A stretch of DNA of 64,000 bases from Dimorphilus gyrociliatus (Eukaryota; Animalia; Annelida), in contig CAJFCJ010000015.1 in NCBI GenBank assembly GCA_904063045.1, forward strand, positions 186,001 to 250,000. Reading direction: 5' to 3'. Position numbers and translations under genes: made by a program. Of this stretch, positions 1-11,998 are shown piece by piece (the first letter of the stretch is position 1; each line of letters opens with the position of its first letter). Under the pieces are notes generated by a model, which did no database searches, was not told the DNA's origin, and saw nothing but the letters and a program-made list of their open reading frames with translations.

Positions 1-21
1 TTGTAATTAAACTTTACTTAC

Positions 22-116
22 CCTCTATGAGTGCCTTTCGGAATGAACCAAGGGGCTACACCTCCTACCAAAGCCCAAAAAATAGTTACAATTGGCATAA
101 CTACTTCTGCCCCCAT
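22..116 (-). CDS. ATP6V0E: V-type proton ATPase subunit e (M9.7), first coding exon; gene continues beyond the window start
   Basis: ATG at 116 reads MGAEVVMPIVTIFWALVGGVAPWFIPKGTHRG and ends at a GTAAGT donor (21). It matches the subunit e motif FW..VG...PWFIPKGP.RG. Not in the ORF track. Confidence 0.88.
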
Positions 117-303
117 ATTTTGTTTTATTACTGAATATTTCGTTATTCCTTTAACAAAACTGGTAAAGTGTAACCTTCAACTTGATCACATGACCTAACA
201 AAACGTATCCTAGCAACTGGCACCGAAAGTGTGATTGTATACAATTTTTATATTATTTTGTTAAAGCAGCTGGGATTATGTTATTTTAAAGTAATAGAGT
301 AAA
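117..303. promoter_or_regulatory. Bidirectional promoter ATP6V0E/CFAP43 with an M-box/CLEAR-like E-box and an RFX X-box
   Basis: TCACATGAC at 186-194 (reverse complement GTCATGTGA) and GTATCCTAGCAAC at 205-217, between two divergent ATGs separated by 187 bp. Confidence 0.6.
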
Positions 304-3300
304 ATGGATAGTATAGGAACATTTCAAATTCGGTAAGTTACAAGTTTTGATGTTAATGATTGAGATATTAATTACTGAAAATGGCTATCAATACAGTTGG
401 AGTCAGGGATACGAAGGTGGTAACATACAGTATATCAATAAGGACACGATTGTTATAAAATGTGGAAATAATTTAAAGTTTATAAGGAATAATTCTGGCG
501 AAACATCTGAGGACATTTACTCTTGTCCAGGAGGTGGAATAGGAACTTTTGCAGTTCACAGCCTCAATAAAGTTTTTGCTGTTTCGAAATCATCTATTAA
601 ACCATCAATTCTGATAGTGAATTATCCAGATTTGCAACAAAAGCATGAATTAAAAAATGGAGCCGCCTTAGAGTATCAATGCATGCAATTCTCATCCTCC
701 AGTTTCCTTGTATCAATTTCTGGAGTACCCGACTTTCAAATGGTTCTTTGGTAATTGAATTAATTTTATATATTATCTCTAAAATATTCACTTTAATTAT
801 AATCTATGTTCTTTAAAGGAATTATCAAAAAAGTGAAAAACTATCATCCGTCGACTTTGGAACATCTAGACCAACTAATTTATCGTTTGATCCTACAAAT
901 TGGAGACGAATGGTTACAACAACTGAAAAGAATATTAAAATGTGGACTGTTGAGCAATGTGATTCTGTTTATAGGATATTCGAAAGGTATTGAATTTACA
1001 TATCTTCATGTATTAAAACTAATACGCTCTCCTTATATAATTTTCTTTTACATAGAAAATATATGCTTCCTGGAGTTGATGGCTCTCTCCCTCAAGAACA
1101 TACTGATATATCAAAACAGATATCTAGACCAGACACATCCGCTAGTTATGCGGCTTATAACCCAGTTATACAAATGACAAGACGTACTTTAGCAGGCTTA
1201 ATTGATGATGAAGATGACGACGATTTTGAGTTATACATGGACGAGGTTGGAAGGGTTTTACCTATTTCACACGTTTGGACTCCTAAAGGAGATATTCTGA
1301 TTGGGTGTGAAGGAGGTCAATTATTAGAAATTAATACAGAAGATGAAAGCTTAAGATTTCTCTATTACCCGGATTATTATAGAGAGTTTGATGATGAAGT
1401 AGAAGATCCAGAAATTGTTGCAATTCAAAAAGAAACATCACAGTCTTCGGAAAATATTGAAAGAGAGCAAACGAAAGTAACAATAGCTGAAGGATCAGAT
1501 CCTATGGGTCTAAGGGACTCGTTCAAGTCTCTAATTCTTCATAAAAACGGTTTATTCGCCGGCGGTAAAGATGGTGTACTGCGACAATTTGAATATGAAA
1601 AGAGATTCAAACTCCTTAAATCTCAACCGGTCGGAAAAAGCATTAGCAGCTTGTCATTTAATACGAAATATGATAAACTAATAGTTGGAAGTGATGAAGG
1701 ATATATAGGATTATATCAGTTCAGTTCGGACCTAAATATTAGCGAAAGGTCAGAGACTATAATAGACCTTTCGTATGGACAATTTGTAGCTGTTGACGTT
1801 CTGTACGATAACGAAACAAACACGGATATTTGTATTGTAAGTTCCATAACCATCTAATAATCACTCTCTAATCAATTCTCCTATTCTATCAGACTGCAAG
1901 AGAAAATGGCGATATACAATCGTGGGATAGTCTGTCTTCATCTCTGTTATGCACGCTTAGTTTGGGCTTGCATATATCAGTTGTATCATCTAGTCCTCTA
2001 TCATCCTTTGCAGCTGTTGGAACAACTTCCGGTCATGTTTATTTTATAGATGCTACAAATCCCAAGTCGTTAAGAGTTGTTCATTGTACAAGATTACATG
2101 ATGGAGGAATAAGACAATTGACGTTGGTTATCCTATTAACATGTTATGCTCTTTCATCATTAATTTCATAAAATTTATTCATAGGTTTGATAATACTGGA
2201 GATTTATTACTTTCCGGATCAGATGACGGATTTGTTTATGTTGTTAATGCAAGACCATCAAAATATTTTGAAACTATCGGATTTATAGGTTAACGAAAGG
2301 GAAAAATGACAATTTTAGCATTTCATTCTTATTTTTATTACAGAATATCCTGGTAATGTCGTTGCACTATCGGCGTTGAAACTACAGAACGATAGCATTA
2401 AAGTTGCTGTCACTGTCTCGGATAATTCAACAGGTGGAGCTACGCGTATTTGTCATTTTGTATTACCAAATAACATTCGAAATAGTGAGTATAAGGAAAT
2501 TCTACATAGAGAAAATTATTAACTTGAGGATAATACTTTTAATAAATTAAATAATAGAACCAGAAGAGTATTACCAAGACCTAAGATGCCAATTTGATAG
2601 TAACAAGATCAGCCTTTTGAAATTCAATTTTAATCCTCCTATCTATGGATTAGCTTTAGTAGATCCAAATACAATTTTCGGTATTGATCAAGCGACAAAA
2701 AAACTAATGAAAATGAAATTACCGGATGAACCGCCAAAGAAGGAGAGGAGTAAAGATTCATATTTGCAGGCAGTGGAAACTTATGCCTGTCACGGTACAA
2801 CGGGTGGCAGTTTGAAATTAAGTAGTCACAACAAGTGGCTATTAAGCTGTGCTCCGGATGGCAGAATAATTGTTAGGAGTATTGGGGCTCCAGAAAGAAT
2901 GATTGATCTCCAAGCTCATGACCTTTTCACTGGAGGATCGAAATCTGCTGTGTTTTCCAGTGATGGTCATTATCTATTTAGTACAGGAAGGGATGGAGTT
3001 CTAAATTGTTTTACTTGGAGGTTAGAATTTGAATAAAAAACTATTGGCTTTTATATATGACAAGTTTTTTTATTTTTTTCACAGAGTCATCGAAGGAGGA
3101 GAAGGAAGACTAGAGTCTTCGTCTGAAGAGTTAAAACGTAGACAAGGCTCTTTAGCTGGACAAAGGAATAAGGAAAATTCAATTTTGTCAAATATACCAC
3201 AATACGAAGAAAAATTTTCAAGGACAACTCCCCCTCCTTCAACAGCTGAGCAACTTGCTATTGAAGAGGAAGAGAAACTTAAACAAATTACGGAAGCTAT

Positions 3301-6300
3301 TGAAAAGGATCAAATATTTGAAACTCCAACCCCTAAACCCGCTGCAGATGCTACTTGGCTAGATAGGAAAAAGTTGGAAGCTGTCAGAGTGGAGAATAAA
3401 CAGTTTGAAGATTTAAAGAAAGATCTTCGGTGTGAGATACGAGATATCCGAAGAAAGGTTTAACCTTTTGCTTCTTCAAATATGTTTCGTGACCGCTTTA
3501 TGAGTTTCTTATCTTTTTATAGTTGCAAGGTATGATGAAAGAAAATGAAAATGTTCCTGATATAGAGCAGTTAAACAGACACGAATTCGACCTTGACGTA
3601 GAAGAACAGGAACGCTTACGCTTGGAAGGAGACGCCGAGGTTCTTAAAGTAAGTGCCTAATAGACTTAATCCCCCAGTAGCTGTTAATTGGATTTTACCC
3701 ATTAGATTCGTCGAGAAAAGGAGCTAGAAAATTTAGCTAAAATGTATTTAGCAGATATCATTAAGAAAGAATGTTGGGATGATATGAAAGTAAAAGGTCG
3801 CGGAATTACATCATTCCACCTGCCTTTGGAAGTATATAATTATCCTCTTCGAGAGAGAACGGTTCGTTATCCTTATTAAATGCATTACGAAAATGTAAAT
3901 TTTTTGCCCTTTCTCTTCTCAAAAGGAACAAGAATTAAATGAGCTAAGAATTGTTCAAGAGCAAAGAAGAATTGAAATTGCCGAATATAAGGTTTGTCAT
4001 CACTTTTGTTTTGTTTTGCTTCGCTTTCAATATAGAAAAATCACGAAAATTATCAAATAAACAAACAAACCAAAATCAAATCACTTATTATATAAATAGG
4101 AAAGAAAGCTACACGCTGAACACAAGCAAAGCTTAGCGTCTATAAATCCCGTAAGTATATTCTATTTATGAACTTTAATTAATTAATTAATTAAATAGTT
4201 AATTAAGCTAAATTACCTTTTTTTTTAAAAAAAATTTTTCTTTTTTTTGAAGTTATAAATTTTTGCTTAATCTTTGTTTTTATGCCAAAAAAAAACAATT
4301 AACTATGCTACAGTCGCTTAGTAATATGATGAAAGCCAAGTTTAATTTGTATAATGAAGAAGATGTTGATGTTCAAGTTTGTCGTTTGTTCTTTAACTAA
4401 CTAATATTAATGTTGTAGGTCTAAATCTTTTTATCTTAATGTTAATGATAGCACTCTATCTCTCACAATGACATTAGTTTTCCTATTAAAAATTGCAATG
4501 TTTCTGCTATATTTTTTTTTTGGAACCAAACTCCTTAACCAAACAATTATTATATCATTTTTTGTTTCTTTTCCCTTTTTTTTTTAAAAAAAAACTCTAT
4601 TGAAGAATTTTTTTTCATTATTTATTTGGTATTTGGATACATATTTTTATTGAGATTGTATCTATACACTATTTTCAGTATTTCTCATCCTATGATATCT
4701 TTAACGAACTTTTATTTATTCTTACTGTTTTATATCCATGTTAGCAACAAGATGAGGAAGGTGGAGAGGACGAGGAGGAAATTGGTGATAAAATGGCTAT
4801 TACAGGTTCCTCCGGAGCCGAATATGGAGGAGCTAGCGAATACTTCTATTCACAATTTGACTTACATAATAGAGAGCAGAAGATGAATCAAATTGTCCTT
4901 CTCAAGGATGCCATCTATCGTATAAAACAGACTTTCAATAAAGAATTTGATGAAATTTATACTAAGAAAGAAACAGAAATCAGTAAAATTAATGAAAAGA
5001 ATAAGAGAATTAAGAAAATATTGAGCGATTTAGATTTACATGAAGAAATCTTTTGTCCCTCATTTGGTCCCATAGAGAAGCCTGAACTGCTTTTGACTGT
5101 TCATGACGACGAAATCAAAGTAGAAAAGTATCTTACACCCGAACAGAGAAAGAAAATGGAGCAGGATAGAAAACTAGAAGAAGAGAGGAGAGCAAGAGAA
5201 AGAGCGGATAATTGGAGAGAAAGAGGTCTTGATCAGATGATGAATGGAGTTCTTGAAATAAGGAAGGAAGACGAATTAAAGAAGGACGTACCAAGACCAG
5301 CTTTCATGGATAAAAAATCCGAAGACGACTGGTCGGATGATGAGAAGAGAATAGCAGAAGAGTATAAGCAAAAAGTTATAGCGCTTAACGAAGAAAGAGA
5401 GAAATTTCGAAAGGTATATCTCAACGAAAATTACTTAATATATACAATATAAAGCAATTAGTATTATAATTCTATTGTTATCATAACATATTAGCAATTA
5501 GATATGGAATTAAAGAAACTACAGGCCGCCACTCTAGAAAATTCTCAGGCGTTTGACGAAACTTTGCAAAATCTCTTTCAGAGAAAAATCAAAACGGAGA
5601 TGGCTGTTTATCAAGAGGAATTAAAAATTCAAAGATTACGCTTATCAATGTTAGTTGAAGAAGAATTAAAGCATAGAGAAAAAGAATTATTAGAATTGCT
5701 CATGATAAAGAAAGCTATGCAAACTGAAACTATCGTAGCTGTACAAGAATCCAAGAAGAATGTTGAGGCATTTAAAGAAACGTTAGAAAATTTAACCGCG
5801 GAATCTCAATTATTAGATAAGGGTTTCAAAAGAGAGTTTAATGATTGTACTGCTCTTCATCTTGACTTGCTATCAAAACTCTTTAGAAGAAGACCAAAGT
5901 AAATGTCTATTCCATTAGTTTTGTATCATTTTCTATTCTAATGTAACAACTTTACTATTTTAAAGAGGTCTAAAGGCTGTAAGAACTTCCGATACACCTA
6001 TTTTCGACGTGAAAAGTGGAAATCCTTATAGTGGTAGGCCTCCTTCAGCTAGAGATACTGATGACATCGAGATCCAAGTTGCCCAGGCTATGATGGAATT
6101 AGATAAAATGTCAAATGCACCAGAAGGTGTGGAGAAGCCCCTTTGGGATAGATTCTGCAGATATAGAAGGTCGAAATATGGCAGTGAACTAATAGTAATG
6201 AACTACTTCGCATAAAATGATTACTTACGTTAAAATACTTATACGCTTTATGTCTATTTTTAGATCAAAAAGAAATCTGAAATCTTAGCCGAAATGAATA

Positions 6301-7468
6301 AATTTTTACAAAAAAGACAAAAAGAAGAGGACGAAACAAGGGAAGAGATCGATAGCATTACTAGTGCTTTAAATACACTTAGAGAGGAACGTATGAGATT
6401 CTCATGTAATCTCGAAGTACAAATAGTCATGAAGCAAGGTCAAGTTGAAGTTGATCCTGGAAATTTTATACATAATTTTAAAGATTCTATATTAGTCCAC
6501 CGTTCAGTTATCGAAGATTTGAATTTCAAAATACAGGTAAGAAAAGACCTGTTATAATTAAATGTTTGAATTTTAAACCTTAATTACATCCTTACTAACA
6601 GACACTTGGAGAAAGTAAAATTTCGAGCATGGTGGAAAGTAAAGATTTTCGTAAAGGGATTGCTCAATTACAATGGTAAGTTAATGAAAAAAGAATATCA
6701 GTATAATCAAATTAACGCTCTTTCATCTTCAATTAGGGAACATAAAAGGATGCTTATGCAGACAGAAGATTTAAAGAATAAAATGAAAGATATTCAAAAC
6801 CTGAAAGTTACAAGAGAAGTTCAAACGGTAAAAAAATACTTTTCATTTCGATGTTTATTTGACCTATTTGTTTTAATTTAAAGTTTCTACACTGTGCTGA
6901 TTACGACGCTAAGAAACAACAAGAAATAGCAATATTGGAGGAGACTATTAATAAGTGTAAGAAGGTAGGTGGCAGTAACCTTTCTTGTTAAATGATAAAT
7001 ATCAATCTTTGGTATAAAATAACCATAAAGGAGCACGAGAGACATTCTGAGGAGAAAAAGAAGATACTTAAGGAATTAAGGAAGGCTGCTATAAATAAAC
7101 GGCAGGAAAATCAAAATATGATTATTGATCTTGAAGAAATGAATGTGGGATTGAATGAAAGGCGTAACATTCACGAAGTAAATGGTATGTAGAGTCATCA
7201 ACATTCCTTTAATATTATTTAAGAAAATTTCAAGTCATACCATTTACAAAAGAGTAAAGGCTTTTCCATTTTTCTCATTGCAATCTTCCTATTCACAGCT
7301 GACAAGACCGTTGCGGCTGGAGCTCAAAAGAGATACAAGGCTATCGTTCAGAGACGAAAATTAGTCGATCTGGCAAAGGCCCAAGCCCAAGAAGTTGCCC
7401 TCCTACGCGCGGAAGTTGAAAGGTTAAGAATGAAAACCTTTCCAGCTCTCGTACAAGTTGAACATTAA
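304..7468 (+). CDS. CFAP43: Cilia- and flagella-associated protein 43 (WDR96), multi-exon
   Basis: Spliced N-terminus MDSIGTFQIR|WSQGYEGGNIQYINKDTIVIKCGNNLKFI, WD40-type exons, a coiled-coil C-terminal half (YFYSQFDLHNREQKMNQIVLL, ERGLDQMMNGVLE) and the family C-terminus LRMKTFPALVQVEH*. Short GT-AG introns join the track ORFs. Confidence 0.95.
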
Positions 7469-8086
7469 AAATTATTATTATTATTATATGTATACTTTTA
7501 TCGTTTTTTCATAAAAACATAAAGAATGTCCGTCCACTTCTTCAAATTTAATTAACAATACATCCTATTCCTATTTAATAAAATTGTCCCTATTTATAAT
7601 TTCATTATAATATATAGGATTTTAATAGAACCTATTAAAAAATATAAATAACTTTAAAGAATGTGCAGAATGTATAAAGATTCCTTTTGTCTATTTAGGT
7701 GTCCTTTTTTTTTTCGCGTAGTTATAGTAAATAGAGTACAAGTTTAAATGATATATAGCATTTCCTATATTATATAGGAAATTTCACTTACAAAAAGCAT
7801 AAAAAGCAATAAAATAATGAATGCAGAATATGAAATATGTTCTTGTCTGAAATTTTATATAGAGTAGTAATACCACTATTGAAGTAATATGAAAACGAAG
7901 CAAAACAGCCAATGAACGTTTAGTATCCGGGCGCATTAGAAGCTTGTCCCATTGTCATTACTCATAGAACTTTTAGTGGGTCTCGTCACTCAACTAAGTT
8001 ATTTCGAACAGGTAAATACTTTAAGCAATTATTATTAACTATTTTTAATTTCTGATGTATAATGTTTATTATAAAATATAGAAATC

Positions 8087-8878
8087 ATGAAGTTTTTAAT
8101 ATTCGCTATTATTCTGACTGTGTCGGTTGAATGTAACAAGGACGAAATAAACAAAATTTTTGAACAAGCACCAAGTAAATTTGAATTAAAAACGTTATAT
8201 AATAAACTAGGTAAATTGTTATTCTTTCAGAGGAATGTAAGGACGGTGCCACTTTGCAGACTGTATCAGCGTGCGTCGGAGATATCCAGACTTTGAAAAA
8301 TTGCTCGGATCAAAAGCCTAGTGAGGCCTTATGCAAGTAAGTTTATAGAGATTTAGCTACTTTTATCCCATAGTAAATATATATTTTCTTATAGACTTGT
8401 TAATAATCTATGGGATTGTATGAGAAACGGCATCAAGCAATCTAAAATTGGTCATTTATGTGCACCAAAGATAAGCGCATTCGCCAAGACGATTGCTACC
8501 GGAGTTCGTGAGTAGTTCAATATTTTGTCATTTAAATTGTTTAGGTATAAATAATTTCTATGCGTTATTCATATTATTACAACATTTATAGAACCTAATT
8601 GTACCTTGGATAACGGTTACAAGAAAGAATGCTCTCAACTAAATATAACATTGGAAGATATCTATGTATGGGTATCGGGAGAATGTATAGATAAGAAAAA
8701 GAATACAACGTGCTACGATGTTACCATGCCTGTTGAAAATCGTCAACCTGTACCTTCATGCGGAGTAAAGGAAACTATGAAAGTAGAAACATGCAACGAC
8801 CCTTCTGGAGCTGGTCGTCTAATTCAATCACTTGAATTAGGCATAATATTGGTTTTCATATTAAAACTACTAATTTAG
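8087..8878 (+). CDS. Orphan secreted Cys-rich protein with a GPI-anchor-like tail, 197 aa, 4 exons (8087-8174, 8231-8336, 8395-8507, 8592-8878)
   Basis: Signal peptide MKFLIFAIILTVSVEC. Three GT-AG introns (56, 58 and 84 nt) keep the frame open. About 12 mature Cys. C-terminus PSGAG followed by hydrophobic LGIILVFILKLLI*. Confidence 0.8.
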
Positions 8879-9076
8879 TTAGTGAAAGATAATCAATTTA
8901 TGAGTTATTACGTATTATTTTGTATTCTTTTCCATTTCAAATAAACAATGCTTATGAATGTTAAAGATTTTTAACATGAAGGCCACTGTTGATTGAATAT
9001 AGTTCGTTAATTTTTTTTATAGTAGCTTTGAAATATATTTTTTAATAAGTGTCTTATATATGAATATTTTTACACT

Positions 9077-11604
9077 TTATGGAACATTTCCTGCACCTGC
9101 AGCCTGCTGCAGTTGCGCCATCTGTTCGGCTGTTAAATTTTTTAATTTCTTGATGCGCTTAAAATTGCCTGATTTATAGTCCATTTGAAAATAGCTTTCA
9201 ACACCCATGAGTTTAGTTATACCATCTGGTTGTTTAACCATTTCAGTTCCCTCCGACAACATTATGTTAATCACTGATTGATTGGAGTCCTTTAATGGAT
9301 TATCTTTAGTGGAGAAAGAGAAATGTTTAAAACACATGATAATTACTTGGAAAAAGAATAAAATTTTATCATATCTACCTCTACAGCCGGCCATAAATCC
9401 AATGATTAAAGCTTTTTCCGCCCTAGAAACTTTATTGGCATTCTTAAACATTTCCTGAGCTTCTTGCATTTGAACTTTTGTCAATGATAAAGGTTTCTTT
9501 TGTTGCGTTTGTTGCTGTTGAGCTTGACCTTGATTTGGCTGGCTAACGCTCTGAATTCTAGCTGTGATGACTTGACCACCAGTATTGATTTTTGTAGTTT
9601 GCAATTGGCTACTGGCTTGTCGAAATTGAACAAACTTTATCTTCTCAGCTGGAAGTGTTGTAGCTGTGGAGGCTGGTATAATTTTAACTGTAGCCGCTTG
9701 AGAGTTTTGCAGGTTTCTTTGAATTTGTTGCTCAAGACTAGTTGCACCTGTAGCTATAGGAGAAAAAAAGAAATTCATATTACAATATGTGTTTGAATTA
9801 GTTACATATAGAATTTCGAAAGAGTAACAAAAGTTTTAAATTCTTTTCTTAAAGTAAGTTGCGTAATGCAGACATAAATTGGAAAATACTTACTAGAAGT
9901 GGTAGGTTTTTGGAGGCCAACAGCATAGGGGGCAGTTTTGTTGGCAGTCACAGGACTTGAAACAGTAACAACTTGCTAAAAGGGAAAAAGTGAATGTAAC
10001 ATTTTTGACAGAAAAGTATATAACTTACAGCAACGGGTGCAGATGGCGTTGCTGGAGACATGAGCCCAGCAGCGTAATCTGGGGTAGCCTGTTTCTCTGC
10101 TTGATCCCTCGATTCTTTTTCTTTTTTAGCCTGTTCGGCGGCTTCTTGCTCTTTATATCAAGACACAATTAATAAAAAAACACAAAGCAGAAAGTTAGCT
10201 ATCTTACCTGCCATACGTCTTCTTCTTTTCGCTTCTTTAGGAGCAAGTGGCATCTCATTCATATCAAGTAACTAAAAAAAAAGATGAAATATAAAATGAA
10301 TTATTTATAATCCTTTTTCTTTTTTTGAGAATTTTGAACATGTAAGCAAAAATTAGTAAAATTATTATTGCCTAAATCTTTCATTTTGTTTTGCAAGATT
10401 CTTAAAGTAAATAACCTTGGTCCCTCCTTCTTTCTTTAAGGTAGGCGCTCTGCCAGCCAGTGGATTGCCAAACCCTCGCCCTGTTAAAGAAGGCGACTTA
10501 AATCCACTACTGAAAGGCTTAGAACTTGGTAGTCCTCTCATAGGTTCTGAAAAATAATTATATATTGAGTTTAAATTTATTTTAATCAAAACTGTAATAA
10601 TAAATTACTTGTATCATCCATTTTCTTTGCATTATTTCGCATTTTAATCGGTAAAGTAATACCGGACGGATTTCGCTTAAGATTATTGGCAGCCTCAATT
10701 GCTTTGGATAAAAAATTACTTTGCAATTAAAACAATAAATTAATACTATATTTTATATGCCCACATTTCTGAAGTAGTTCCGAGCGAAGAGATTCAGACT
10801 TTGGTTTTTTTCGTGTATCAAAGTGTCGGACAAGGGATTGTGGTTGGCAATTAAGAGCCTGCATGGCACTTCGACTCAAATATTCACATTCCAATGGTAA
10901 AGTGACGGATTTTTTTGAATTTGCTGTTTTATATTTATATAGCCATTATATATTCATTCAAGACAAATAGTATAATATGCTAACCAATTTTTTTCAAATC
11001 AGCAAGAATTTCATTAAAAAAATGTGTTGAATCGTCTTGTTCTATGTTGGTGTTGATCATTCCAGACGATGGATAGTTCTTTATTATATCTGCAACCATG
11101 GAAACCCATTGGTCTGTATCATTTCGTCCAGCATCAACAATCATTTCAATTTCCATTCGCATCTAAATAAATAAAAAAATTAGTAAAAACCAAAAAGCAT
11201 GTATGATAGATTCTAATAGTTTTATAAATAAATAAAAGTATTACTATTTTTGAGTTAAGATTAGAGTTATACTTTTTAAATGCAAAATTCATTGCAAAAA
11301 GCATATCACCTGAATTAATTATGATATTTAAGAAGTTTTCGTTTATTATTTAGGAAATTAGAATACACGAAAATAAAGCACTCTGAAAACACTGTACCTC
11401 TTCCAAGTTTCGCCGGCGGAGATGCAAAAATGATAGAAGGAGTTTTACTTTTACGTGAGGCTGTAAAGTGTGAAAACATTGCTGAATATTAATCAATCGT
11501 TCTTGATTTAGCTGAGAGCAGATGGAACTTCCAGACCACAGGTCATCAGTGGAACCGAGTTTATTATGCAGCCAGAGCGAAGCATCACTATCTCTGGACG
11601 CCAT
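9077..11604 (-). CDS. NELFA: Negative elongation factor A, multi-exon
   Basis: N-terminus MASRDSDASLWLHNKLGSTDDLW; RNDTDQWVSMVADI; LKKEGGTK|LLDMNE; C-terminal ALIIGFMAG...YFQMDYKSG. Confidence 0.95.
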
Positions 11605-11989
11605 TTTAACTATTTACTATGGTTCGTATTCTGAACCGACGAAATGGCGAAAATTTTTATTTATGATCAGGTACCACACTTGCGCTTATAAATTGATTTA
11701 AGTTAAGTAAAATAATCAAATAATTATAATATCTGCTATAAGCAGTTTTGGGAGTTATTTTTAAAACCAAAGTCTCGACAAATGAGATTCAAGATGAGAT
11801 TTGGCACGTGACCGGAAGTGGCCAATCAACAAAGGCGTTCGTTAACTTCTCCTGCCAAAATTCGCATTATTTCTTTCAACATAACTCAAATTTGTATTAT
11901 AAAAAAGCTGTTTTACGGAGTAGAAATTGCTTTTGAATTTTACATAAAGGAAGTATTGCAAGAGGATCTTCCTGTCTTTTGCCAAAAAA
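11605..11989. promoter_or_regulatory. Bidirectional promoter NELFA/C2orf42-like
   Basis: CACGTGAC (11805-11812), CCGGAAGT (11812-11819) and CCAAT (11822-11826) packed together between divergent start codons. Confidence 0.6.
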
Positions 11990-11998
11990 ATGTGGAAG

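Noticed and set aside
8211-8230. Apparent 20-nt GT-AG intron in the GPI-type orphan gene
   Set aside because: An upstream donor at 8175 gives the same frame with a 56-nt intron, which is typical for this genome.
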